From contig JBMNPD010000002.1 of NCBI GenBank assembly GCA_050943415.1, positions 5,036 through 69,035 on the forward strand: a stretch of DNA of 64,000 bases, written 5' to 3'. The notes below the pieces were generated by a model that searched no databases, was not told the DNA's origin, and saw nothing but the letters and a program-made list of their open reading frames with translations. This DNA is from Candidatus Dojkabacteria bacterium (lineage in GTDB: Bacteria; Patescibacteriota; Dojkabacteria; SC72). Position numbers and translations under genes: made by a program. Positions 29,969 to 39,248 of the stretch are shown here, one piece after another (position 1 is the first letter of the stretch; the number at the start of each line of letters is the position of its first letter).

Positions 29969-31408
29969 CTAAATAGTATCTATCTCTTCATTCTCTACTA
30001 CATCTACTTTACAACTCCCTCCTTGATATACACCATATCCTCCATGTTCAAAGTAAGTATTCTGACATGTCAAAACATCAATATTCTCCTGTGAAGAAAT
30101 TACTAAAATATCAACATTGTAAACCTTAGCATAATTCCTAAGAGTACGATTCTTTAAATCTGTAAACAACATATCCCTAAACACATTAGCATCATTCCTG
30201 TTCTTCTCTTCAAAATAAAGATAGATTGTAGAACTCTCATCATTTCTAACATCATCATAACGGAAAGAATTAAAATCATCAGCATACATAACCTTGACCT
30301 TAACAGTATCTTTCAAAGAATCATCAACTTCATACATAACGCCATTTATATGCCCATAAGTATTAAAAAACAACTTCTCATCCATATCAAAATCAACAAC
30401 CTCTGTCTTCATCTCTACACCCTCTGGTGCTTCATCTACAAACTTCATTTTCGAAACCTCATACGAAGAAATACCTACACCGAAAGCTAATCCCAATATG
30501 GAAGCTACAAAAGCTATGAAGACACGAGTCCACTTACTTCTTCTACTTAATACAAAATTAAAACCAACATACAGAAGCATTACAACAAAAGCAATAAATG
30601 ATACTGCTAGTAATATTGGACCAAAATATGCAATACCATTAAACAACAGAACAAACAACATAGAGAGACCTACACCAGAACAGAAAAGTAAGAAAAGAAA
30701 TGGTAATAGTACAAATATTACAAAAATCTTAACAAAAAACAAAAAGACATTACCTAAAAAAGAAAGAATACCAAAATCATACCTAACAACCTTTGTCTCA
30801 GTAACAACACTCTCATTACTCACCTCTTCCTCAATCTCAACATCTTTACTTTTCTCTTTTTCTTCTTCAAACCTATCCAAAAATCTTACTTTGTAAATAT
30901 ATACAAACAAACCAACTGCAACTATGAAATATGCAACCTCTACAACTAAATGCCAAATATTTGCAAAAACAACCCCAATATTCCTACCTAAACACAGAAA
31001 GACATTTCCCCCTAGACTATCCAAAGAGCTGAAAGGTATTTTGACACATAGGATTAATAGAAATAGCACAAAAATTTCCAATAGAAACTTAAACCTACCC
31101 TTTGTTGTAAGTGCTGCGAAATTCTTAAAAGTACCTCTAAGTAAGAGATTAAAGCCATTAAGCATATCTGAAAAAGTATATTTTTTACTCTGTTCACTCC
31201 TAATCTGTGCAACATCATCTTTCATTAACTCATCAAGAGTACAATTAAAAATATCACACATCTTAAGAATCTTTTCTGTCTCAGGATACGCTGCTCCAGA
31301 CTCCCATTTAGAGACAGCTTGTCTGGATACACCTAGCTTGTAAGCAAAATCTTCCTGAGAGAGATTTGCTGACTTACGTAGATGTTCTAAATTTTTTCTA
31401 AAACTCAT
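29969..31408 (-). CDS. XRE-family HTH protein with multi-pass membrane domain
   Basis: LRK...LSQEDFA.KLGVSRQAVSKWE; five to six TM segments and a C-terminal soluble domain. Confidence 0.88.
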   Translation of the reverse strand: MSFRKNLEHLRKSANLSQEDFAYKLGVSRQAVSKWESGAAYPETEKILKMCDIFNCTLDELMKDDVAQIRSEQSKKYTFSDMLNGFNLLLRGTFKNFAALTTKGRFKFLLEIFVLFLLILCVKIPFSSLDSLGGNVFLCLGRNIGVVFANIWHLVVEVAYFIVAVGLFVYIYKVRFLDRFEEEKEKSKDVEIEEEVSNESVVTETKVVRYDFGILSFLGNVFLFFVKIFVIFVLLPFLFLLFCSGVGLSMLFVLLFNGIAYFGPILLAVSFIAFVVMLLYVGFNFVLSRRSKWTRVFIAFVASILGLAFGVGISSYEVSKMKFVDEAPEGVEMKTEVVDFDMDEKLFFNTYGHINGVMYEVDDSLKDTVKVKVMYADDFNSFRYDDVRNDESSTIYLYFEEKNRNDANVFRDMLFTDLKNRTLRNYAKVYNVDILVISSQENIDVLTCQNTYFEHGGYGVYQGGSCKVDVVENEEIDTI

Positions 31409-31470
31409 AACTACTAATATATATTAATTTAAATTAGCTGATTATATTCATATATCACAAACGCAACCAC

Positions 31471-31504
31471 CAACTTACGGTTGTTTTATGACAACTACAG
31501 GTTG
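31471..31504. promoter_or_regulatory. Two CAAC-N5-GTTG palindromes, probable XRE operator
   Basis: CAACTTACGGTTG (31471) and CAACTACAGGTTG (31492), 21 bp apart. Confidence 0.55.
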
Positions 31505-31799
31505 CATATTAGTAGAATATACCAAATTTCCAAGAAAAACACTCCTATGGCAGACCTAGGTTTAACCTAGGTTACACCTCAAACAGGAGAAAATAAACAT
31601 AAGCCAATACTCACTTTTTAAACACCAAAAAGGTTAGACCTAAGCTCAACCTAAATCCCTTTTGTAATTCCTTACTAGCTATATACTTCTGAGAGGTGGG
31701 AATAGGTCTGGCCTAGGTTTAACCCCACCCGCATTTTGTCCTATAAAATTAAGAAGCATGATATAATAATCCCCTAGCACATTTAAAAGGAGAAATAAG

Positions 31800-32153
31800 A
31801 TGAGTAAAATTTACTTATACAAAACAACTTACGTGTCGAAACCAGAATTTTTGGCAGCTGCATACAATGCAGCTATTCTCATCGATCCTAGCTATGCTCA
31901 CTACATAATGACCAAATCAGAGGCACTCTTTCTTTTATGTCAAAAAATGTGGCGTGGTCATCCACAATACTTTGGCATCCTAAAAGGTAAACAAATTTTC
32001 CTCAACTTAGACGAAGAATGTGTTGATGTAGCAGCATACAATAAACACAATGGTAGGAGACTTGCTCAAAAGGTTCTACTCCTTTTGCAACAATCGCACC
32101 AACCTGAATCAGATGAAATACGAACGGCTCGCGATTACAACCCGTTCACTTAA
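31800..32153 (+). CDS. Small hypothetical protein (117 aa), paralog of 32607-32927
   Basis: RBS AAGGAG, extended -10 TGATATAAT; LAA.YNA...MT..A...Y...GK...D...YN..NG..LAQKVL. Confidence 0.8.
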   Translation: MSKIYLYKTTYVSKPEFLAAAYNAAILIDPSYAHYIMTKSEALFLLCQKMWRGHPQYFGILKGKQIFLNLDEECVDVAAYNKHNGRRLAQKVLLLLQQSHQPESDEIRTARDYNPFT

Positions 32154-32291
32154 TTAATCTCTTCATGATGAGCTAGAATGCCTAGGGTAGTTATATCTAC
32201 ATGAGTTCCACTCTGTAACCCTAGACATATTTCTCTCCTTGCCAACCCATGCATAAATATAATTCAGTATCTAAATTATCATGCCATATCT

Positions 32292-32364
32292 TTGATGACA
32301 TACTCTCCTTTTACAACATGGGTATTAGAAAATGGAATATCTCAACAAACATTACAGTTACTAC
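32292..32364 (+). pseudogene. Duplicated 5' fragment (~24 codons) of the 7TM gene
   Basis: MMTYSPFTTW.LENGISQQTLQLL nearly identical to the start of 33054 ORF, then runs into repeat DNA. Confidence 0.8.
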
Positions 32365-32606
32365 TTAGATTAAACCTAAGTAGAACCTCAAACCAGCAGA
32401 TAAAGAGAGAAGCCTACACCCACTTTTCAAACACCAAAAAGGCTAGACCTAGGCCTAACCTAAATCCCTTTCCTAACTCCTTACTAGCTATATACTTCTG
32501 AGAAGTGGAAATAGGTCTGACCTAGGTTTAACCTCACCCGCATTTTGTCCTATAACATCAAGAAGCATGATATAATGATGTCCTAGCTCATTAGAAAGGA
32601 GATAAA

Positions 32607-32927
32607 ATGAGTACTATTATTTCTGGTAAACCATTCACCAGGTCCCAATTATTAGCAGCTTTTTACAATGCAACCGCTACACCTCCTGGCATTAGGAACT
32701 TCCTGATGACCGAAGAAGATGCTGATAGATACTTGTATCAGTATAGCGACTACATAGATGAAGTAGAGGGCAAAAAACTTTACATCAATCTCTTCTTTCT
32801 TGACGAGATAGATGTAACCAAATATAACGAATTCAACGGCGAGAACTTGGCACAAAAAGTTCTCAACCTCCTCGAGCAAGGGTACGCCCCTGACTCAAAG
32901 GAAATCTGTACAGCTAGAATGAGCTAG
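32607..32927 (+). CDS. Small hypothetical protein (106 aa), paralog of 31800-32153
   Basis: RBS AAGGAG, TGATATAAT; same motifs. Confidence 0.8.
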   Translation: MSTIISGKPFTRSQLLAAFYNATATPPGIRNFLMTEEDADRYLYQYSDYIDEVEGKKLYINLFFLDEIDVTKYNEFNGENLAQKVLNLLEQGYAPDSKEICTARMS

Positions 32928-33053
32928 AATTAGAATGCCTAGGATAGTTATATCTACATGAGTTCCACTCTATAAACCCTAGGCATATTTCTCTCCTTGC
33001 CAACCCATCCATAAATAAATATAATTCAGTATCTAAATTATCATGCCATATCT

Positions 33054-33725
33054 TTGATGACATACTCTCCTTTTACAACATGGATGTTAGAAAATGGAAT
33101 ATCTCAACAAACATTACAGTTACTAGTATCCATAACAGTAATAGCCACCATAGTAAGTATATTTCGATACATCATCGGAACAAAATCATACGGCATCTAC
33201 GCACCAATAATCCTAGCAATATCCTACTCATACACAGGACTAAGATACGGACTAGCAATAACCTTCATTACCGTAGCCACCACCCTACTCTCATACACCA
33301 TGCTTAAAAAAATACGAATGCACTACATCACTAGAATAGCCATCAACTACTGCTTACTTGCCATGACAATAATCATATTCATCATGACAATAAACAAATA
33401 CGGATTAGGACTAGAAAAAGTCTCCCTCATATCACCCCTAGCCCTCATATCAATAACTGCCCTCTCAGACTTCTTCATAAAACAATTCACACAGAAATCA
33501 TTAAAAGTATCAATCTCACTCCTACTAGAAACCGTACTCATAGCAACAATCGGTTGGTACATAATCACAAGAGTTTCCATCTCTAACTACATGATTAACA
33601 ACCTCTGGATAATTCCAATCCTCATCATAATCAACCTAGTCATAGGACAATTTAAAGGATTAAGAATCAAAGAAATAATTAGATTTAAATCACTTTCAGA
33701 CGAGAAAGAAAATGTTTCTAAATAA
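33054..33725 (+). CDS. 7TM protein of the ATP-grasp/transglutaminase-associated family
   Basis: R.IIG.K.YGIY.P.ILA motif, about 7 TMs, ..G.R..E..RFK C-terminus; overlaps ATP-grasp gene. Confidence 0.8.
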   Translation: MMTYSPFTTWMLENGISQQTLQLLVSITVIATIVSIFRYIIGTKSYGIYAPIILAISYSYTGLRYGLAITFITVATTLLSYTMLKKIRMHYITRIAINYCLLAMTIIIFIMTINKYGLGLEKVSLISPLALISITALSDFFIKQFTQKSLKVSISLLLETVLIATIGWYIITRVSISNYMINNLWIIPILIIINLVIGQFKGLRIKEIIRFKSLSDEKENVSK

Positions 33726-35160
33726 CAAATACAAAGAAATACTTGGAGTAAACAGACGAAATCAAGAATATATTCGACCATACAACTCCAACAAAGCAAA
33801 AAATATTGCTGACAACAAAATATTAACAAAAAGAATTCTTAGTAGAAATGGAATTCAAACGCCTGAAGTATACAAACTAATTAGAAACAGAAAACAATTA
33901 GAGTTTCTAAATTGGGAATCATTACCAAAAAGCTTTGTCATAAAACCAAATAAAGGAACTGGAGGTAGTGGAATAGTAATCTTCTACGGTAAGAAGAAAG
34001 GAGAACTTGCATGGATTAGACCTAATGGTGATGTAATGAGTAAGAAAGATATAACCCTTCACATAGCAAACATACTAGAAGGCAGATACTCCATGGGTAA
34101 CAAAAATGATATAGCCATAATTGAGGAACGAGTAAAAACTGACCCATTCCTAAAGCAATACTCCTACAAAGGAGTACCAGACCTTAGAATAATCTGCTTC
34201 AATGGAGTACCTGTAATGGCAATGACTAGAATCCCAACCAAAAGATCAAACGGTACTGCGAACCTACACTCAGGAGCAATATGTACAGGAATTGATATTG
34301 CAACAGGCATTACTACCTACTCTATGCAGATGAATCTTAAAAGTCCTCTAGATGATATATATGAAGATATAGAGGCCACTACAGATCTAAAAGAAAACAA
34401 AAAGTTAAGTGGAATAGCTATACCTAACTGGAATGAGATATTGGAAATAGCTTTGAAATGTCAAAAAGTAAGCAAAATTGGCTTCATAGGTGTAGATATA
34501 ACAATCGATGCAGACAAAGGACCTGTTGTATTTGAACTAAACGCTAGACCAGGACTTGGTATACAAGTTGCAAACAAAGCAGGTTTAAGATCTAGGTTAG
34601 AATTAGTTAAAGGGATTAAAGTAAAAAGCATTAAACACGGTATTAAGATTGCAAAAGATCTCTTCGGTGGAGAGATAGAGGAAAGTATCGAATCCATTAG
34701 TGGTAGAAAAGTTGTAAATATTGTAGAAAAAGTAACCATATTTAAACAGACAAATAAGAAAGAAAAAGAAGACAAATTACAACCACTCAGAGCCTTTATG
34801 GACACAGGATACATGACATCTAGAATAACAGAGACAACCGCACACAGAATGGGCTTCATCTCTACAACAAAATATTTCAATTCTTTAGATATACCTAAAA
34901 AATTCAATTCACATAAAGAGGCACAGGAATATATCGATCAGAATAACAAAATATTGACTATGGAAGAAAAAATAAAGAGAATTGCTAGAGTTGTTGATGA
35001 TGGTGATATTAAAATCCGTCCAGTCATTGACGTTACTATTAAAATTGCAGGAGAGATAAAGGATTTAGAAGTTGTAATAATGCAGGACCTAGAGTATCCT
35101 GTAATCATAGGACGTACTGATTTAAAAGGCTATTTAATTGATACAACAAATACATTTTAA
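33712..35160 (+). CDS. Alpha-L-glutamate ligase-like ATP-grasp with C-terminal aspartyl-protease-like domain
   Basis: ILG.N.RN..YI...N, ADNK..TK, FVIKP..G.GG.GI, GVPDLRII, ANLH.GA, ELNARPGL.IQ.AN; C-terminal DTG...IGR. Confidence 0.88.
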   Translation: MFLNNKYKEILGVNRRNQEYIRPYNSNKAKNIADNKILTKRILSRNGIQTPEVYKLIRNRKQLEFLNWESLPKSFVIKPNKGTGGSGIVIFYGKKKGELAWIRPNGDVMSKKDITLHIANILEGRYSMGNKNDIAIIEERVKTDPFLKQYSYKGVPDLRIICFNGVPVMAMTRIPTKRSNGTANLHSGAICTGIDIATGITTYSMQMNLKSPLDDIYEDIEATTDLKENKKLSGIAIPNWNEILEIALKCQKVSKIGFIGVDITIDADKGPVVFELNARPGLGIQVANKAGLRSRLELVKGIKVKSIKHGIKIAKDLFGGEIEESIESISGRKVVNIVEKVTIFKQTNKKEKEDKLQPLRAFMDTGYMTSRITETTAHRMGFISTTKYFNSLDIPKKFNSHKEAQEYIDQNNKILTMEEKIKRIARVVDDGDIKIRPVIDVTIKIAGEIKDLEVVIMQDLEYPVIIGRTDLKGYLIDTTNTF

Positions 35161-35162
35161 TT

Positions 35163-36143
35163 ATGAAAACATACAAAGAATATCTAAAAGAATCAGGGAA
35201 CATACATCTAGCATATTATGTACAAGCAGCAGACAAGCTTGGGATTAAGTATAAGATTTTGGTTAAAGGCTTACTTGCTGAATTTAATGCAAATAACAAA
35301 TATTGGCATATAATAAATACAGCTACTCCACTAACAACAACTACATCTACAACAATATGTAAAAGAAAAAATCTAACACATTTGATTTTAAGAGAACATA
35401 ATGTACCTGTACCTATTCAACAAGATTTACTCGCACCAATAGATGCTATAAAATTCTTTGCTGAACATAAAGATATTGTCATCAAGCCAACACAACAGCT
35501 AGGAGGAAAAGGTGTTACAATACTACCTCAGAACGAGGAGCAAGTACTAAAGGCTTTTGATATAGCCCTAGAATCTTCACATTCTAAGACTACTACAAAA
35601 GTCATAGGTGAGAAGTTTGTCCATGGAGAGAACTACAGATTCTTAGTACTAGGAGATGAGGTTATAGCAGTTGCTAGAAGAAAGTCCGCCCATGTTATAG
35701 GAAATAGCAAGGACAGTATAAGAAAACTCATAGAGAACAGTAATGCACAAAGAAAAGACACTCTCCTCATGCCCATTGTCATAGATAACGAAGTAAACAT
35801 TAAGCTACAAAGAGATGGTCTAAATCTAGAAAGTGTTCCAAAAGAAGGGCAAGAAGTCATACTTCGATATAACTGCAATCTTACTACAGGCGGTACTACA
35901 GAAGAATGTATGGAGGAAGTAAATGATTACTACAAGCAAATAGCCATAAAAGCAGTAAAGGTTGTAGGTTCTAAATTTGGAGGTGTTGATATAATAGCTA
36001 AGGACATATCAAAGCCTGACGAAGTTGCTGTTAATGAGATAAACTACAATCCAGGTTTGAGATTACATTACAAAGTAGACAAAGGAAACGTGGTTGATGT
36101 TGCCTCCATCATAATGGAATACATCAGAGATAAATATATATAA
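35163..36143 (+). CDS. Cyanophycin synthetase/GshF-like ATP-grasp protein
   Basis: VIKP...GGKGV, G.NYRFLV, NLTTGG, GVDII..DIS, EINYNPG. Confidence 0.85.
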   Translation: MKTYKEYLKESGNIHLAYYVQAADKLGIKYKILVKGLLAEFNANNKYWHIINTATPLTTTTSTTICKRKNLTHLILREHNVPVPIQQDLLAPIDAIKFFAEHKDIVIKPTQQLGGKGVTILPQNEEQVLKAFDIALESSHSKTTTKVIGEKFVHGENYRFLVLGDEVIAVARRKSAHVIGNSKDSIRKLIENSNAQRKDTLLMPIVIDNEVNIKLQRDGLNLESVPKEGQEVILRYNCNLTTGGTTEECMEEVNDYYKQIAIKAVKVVGSKFGGVDIIAKDISKPDEVAVNEINYNPGLRLHYKVDKGNVVDVASIIMEYIRDKYI

Positions 36144-36161
36144 TTTAACACTCCAAATCCA

Positions 36162-37865
36162 ATGAAAGACACATGGGTTCTACAAGGCTTAAATTTCATT
36201 TCACCTACTTCAGTAGTAGTTATGGGAATGGAAGAAAACAAAGATGTTAAAAAACTACTTGATTTAATATCATCATATCACCCCATTTTTATAAAAAAGT
36301 ACTACTTCAAAGACTCCTATCTGTATATTGAAACACCTATACCATTTCTTTGGAGAGAAGCTAGTGAATACCTAAAGAAGCTTGCCAAACAGAAAATGTC
36401 ATATGAAGAATGTAGAGAATATATTGTAGAAGTCATCATAAAACACCGAATAAAATCTATGTCAACCATACCTATATTACATAGTGCATTAACACAAGGG
36501 TACGAGGTTACACCATATATTGTGAGCGACAAAGTTATAGCTGTTGATGATGTAGGTTATACAAAAACATTCAACCGTAGATATACCTTAGGTTGTGGAA
36601 AGAATTCCCATGTAACTTTTTCTATATCTTCTTCTAAAGACGCTGTCGTAGCAAAAACAACTCAAAGAGACAAATATATTACTAATACGATGATTTCTAA
36701 ACTTGGTCTTCCTATGCCTACAAACTATATTGTTAATGATAAAGCTGATATTAAAAAAGTTTGGAAAAAACTTAATAAACCTGTTGTTGTTAAACCAGTA
36801 GGTTTAACAGGTGGTTCAGGAGTTGTAGTAGATATTAATACAATAGAACAAGCAGAGAAAGCATTTGATTTTGCTACCAAAGGTATTAAAACAAAACAAA
36901 GGAAAGAGTGGCAAACTAAAATAATGGTACAAGAACAGGTAGAAGGTGAAGATTATAGATTACTAGTTGTAGATGAGAAATTGGAAGTTGTTACCAAAAG
37001 AATCCCTGCATTCATCGTAGGTGACGGCAAGAGTACAATCGAGGAACTAATCGAACAAACCAATGCGGATCCTAGAAGAGATATTACTAATCCAACTCAT
37101 ACTTTGAAACCCATAAAGATAGATGATCCCCTACTCGACTATCTTAAGGAACAGAAACTTTCGTTGAAAGATATTCCAGAGAAAGATGAGAAGATACAGG
37201 TAAGAAAGGTTGCAAGTATGAGTCAGGGAGGTATAACTGAGGATTTTACAGATCAGGTTAGTGCAGAGATTAAATATATTGTTGAAAGTATTGCTCAATC
37301 TATTCATGCATTTACATTAGGTGTAGATATTTTGTGTAAAGATATTAGCAAACCACTTACTCAAGACAATGGTGCTATTCTAGAGGTCAATACTATGCCA
37401 GAGGCATATCTAAATCTCTACCCTGTTTTGGGTACAAAGAGAGATTATGTAGCAGATACATATGTTAAGAAATTACTCAAGGATAATAGATGCAAAAAAA
37501 TAGTAGTTGTTGGTAATCCTGAGAAAGATATACCTACTCTTCTTAAGGACAAGTTCCTTTTCTGGTCATATCTAAAACAAGATGATGTAGTTGGAGAATA
37601 CAGAGAGGGAGAGATAAGGATAAATGGATTGGAAATAAATAATGGCTTAGAGAAATGGAAAGGTATAGAGGCACTAAAGGTTAATGCTTCTCTAGATGCA
37701 ATAGTTATTCATCATAGGAATTGGGAGGATGTACAAGCTAATGGTTTAGGTTTCAACAAGATAGACTTGTTAATAGTTACTAAAGATATGAGAAAAGATG
37801 ATAGATTTAAGCAAATGATTAAATATAGGTTAAGTGGTTATATATCTAGAATAAGGGTAATCTAA
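36162..37865 (+). CDS. Cyanophycin synthetase-like ATP-grasp protein (longer paralog)
   Basis: PVVVKP.G..GG.GV, GEDYRLLVV, GDGKSTI.ELI...N.DP.R, GVDIL..DIS.P, LEVN. Confidence 0.85.
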   Translation: MKDTWVLQGLNFISPTSVVVMGMEENKDVKKLLDLISSYHPIFIKKYYFKDSYLYIETPIPFLWREASEYLKKLAKQKMSYEECREYIVEVIIKHRIKSMSTIPILHSALTQGYEVTPYIVSDKVIAVDDVGYTKTFNRRYTLGCGKNSHVTFSISSSKDAVVAKTTQRDKYITNTMISKLGLPMPTNYIVNDKADIKKVWKKLNKPVVVKPVGLTGGSGVVVDINTIEQAEKAFDFATKGIKTKQRKEWQTKIMVQEQVEGEDYRLLVVDEKLEVVTKRIPAFIVGDGKSTIEELIEQTNADPRRDITNPTHTLKPIKIDDPLLDYLKEQKLSLKDIPEKDEKIQVRKVASMSQGGITEDFTDQVSAEIKYIVESIAQSIHAFTLGVDILCKDISKPLTQDNGAILEVNTMPEAYLNLYPVLGTKRDYVADTYVKKLLKDNRCKKIVVVGNPEKDIPTLLKDKFLFWSYLKQDDVVGEYREGEIRINGLEINNGLEKWKGIEALKVNASLDAIVIHHRNWEDVQANGLGFNKIDLLIVTKDMRKDDRFKQMIKYRLSGYISRIRVI

Positions 37866-37872
37866 TACCCTA

Positions 37873-37899
37873 CTCACCAAATTAAGTCAAATTTGGTGA
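37873..37899 (+). terminator. Hairpin after ATP-grasp operon
   Basis: TCACCAAATT-aagtca-AATTTGGTGA. Confidence 0.55.
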
Positions 37900-38041
37900 A
37901 TGACACTCACTAGATTTGTGTGAATATGGGGAATGGGTTTGTTGTTTTTTAAAGGAGAGATTTTATAAAAGAAACATCCTAGTGCCTGAGATTTATGAGG
38001 GAATAATCCACTCTACTCAGGACACTAGGTCCACATTAAAA

Positions 38042-38290
38042 TTATTTCTTATCCTTAATCTTTTCTATAAAGAAGATTACTGATACTCCATAATATAGCC
38101 ACCCTACTATGCTTACAAACACATATAGGAATTTAATTGGTAATAAGTCGGCTAGTAGGATTGTAAATGGTCCAACTAGCATTGCAGATGAATACTCATA
38201 TTTCTCGAAATCCTTTCTCCATAAATAATATGATCTAACAACTAAACCAATAATTATACTAAGTAGACAAAACCAACGATGAAAACTCAT
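38042..38290 (-). CDS. Small membrane protein (82 aa)
   Basis: RBS AAGGAG, own promoter, three hydrophobic segments. Confidence 0.75.
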   Translation of the reverse strand: MSFHRWFCLLSIIIGLVVRSYYLWRKDFEKYEYSSAMLVGPFTILLADLLPIKFLYVFVSIVGWLYYGVSVIFFIEKIKDKK

Positions 38291-38533
38291 CTGTTTCTCC
38301 TTTTCTTTTTAATTCCTCTAAAGAAATTTTTAATGCGCTACACTACATTGTACCAATTTTTGCCTCACTTGACAATACTATAGGTCGGGATACTTCTAAT
38401 ATAATAAAACTCCTCTTCACAAGTAAATAACAAAAAAGAAAAGTTAAAACCATATATACAAAAATAATAATCTAGCGCCTGAGATTCTGGGGAATAATCC
38501 ACCCTATATATCTCAGGCACTAGATCCATGCAA

Positions 38534-38833
38534 TCAAGATTTTAAGGATTTAATTTTATTTCTTAGAAGAGACAAATTCTTTCTGCAGTTCAAAAAGGAT
38601 TTCTTTAATGAGGACCATTCGTCCTTACAATAATAACCGATATTTACACATAAGATTGCCCAAACAACCCATTTATTGCTTATACCCTCCAATCCGTCAG
38701 AGAATACTGCAATAAACAGTGTTGATAAGAACATGACATTTCTCCTGATATGTTGATCATTCTTTAAATCCATATAACACAAACAAGAGAAATAAAAACC
38801 TACAACACCTAATAATATAAACCCTGTCCACAT
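38534..38833 (-). CDS. Small membrane protein (99 aa)
   Basis: RBS AAGGAG, own promoter, hydrophobic segments and basic tail. Confidence 0.75.
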   Translation of the reverse strand: MWTGFILLGVVGFYFSCLCYMDLKNDQHIRRNVMFLSTLFIAVFSDGLEGISNKWVVWAILCVNIGYYCKDEWSSLKKSFLNCRKNLSLLRNKIKSLKS

Positions 38834-39086
38834 AACATTCTCCTTTATTTTTCGATCCTATCCTAAAAAATCTTGATTTTGAAAGTACGACTGTACATTA
38901 TACCAATTTTTGCCCCACTTAACAACGCTATAGGATAACACACTTCTAATATAATAAAACTCCTCTTCACAAGTAAAAACAAAAAAGAAAAGTTAAAACC
39001 ATATATACAAAAAAATAATAATCTAGCGCCTGAGATTCTGAGGGATAACCACTCTATATATCTCAGACACCAGATCTCCGTACAAA

Positions 39087-39248
39087 TTAAAAGGTGGAGT
39101 TTAACAACTCCTTAATACCTTTAATTTCTTCTCTCGCAAGAGAGAGGTAGGTTTCCAATTCTTGCAACATCTTACACCTCTTTCTTACTGCGTAAACTAC
39201 TACTAATGCTACTCCCAGAGCAGCAAAGACAAAAAGTATTGCATACAT
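39087..39248 (-). CDS. Small single-TM protein (53 aa), not in ORF track
   Basis: MYAILFVFAALGVALVVVYAVRKRCKMLQELETYLSLAREEIKGIKELLNSTF; RBS AGAGG, own promoter. Confidence 0.7.
   Translation of the reverse strand: MYAILFVFAALGVALVVVYAVRKRCKMLQELETYLSLAREEIKGIKELLNSTF

Larger units (their letters stand above)
31555..33125 (+). repeat. Tandem duplication of ~0.8-kb unit (repeat motifs, promoter, small ORF, hairpin, 5' of 7TM gene)
   Basis: 31612-31770 resembles 32421-32578; 32175-32364 resembles 32932-33125. Confidence 0.9.

Noticed and set aside
32292-32501. 69-aa ORF as a real gene
   Set aside because: Chimera of the duplicated 7TM gene start and repeat DNA
35163-37865. True cyanophycin synthetase cphA
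   Set aside because: Both proteins lack an intact Mur-ligase C-terminal half and no cphB is seen
31800-39248. Small ORFs as graspetide (RiPP) precursors
   Set aside because: No Thr/Ser/Lys-Asp/Glu core repeats or recognisable leader; the ligases are not of the microviridin type
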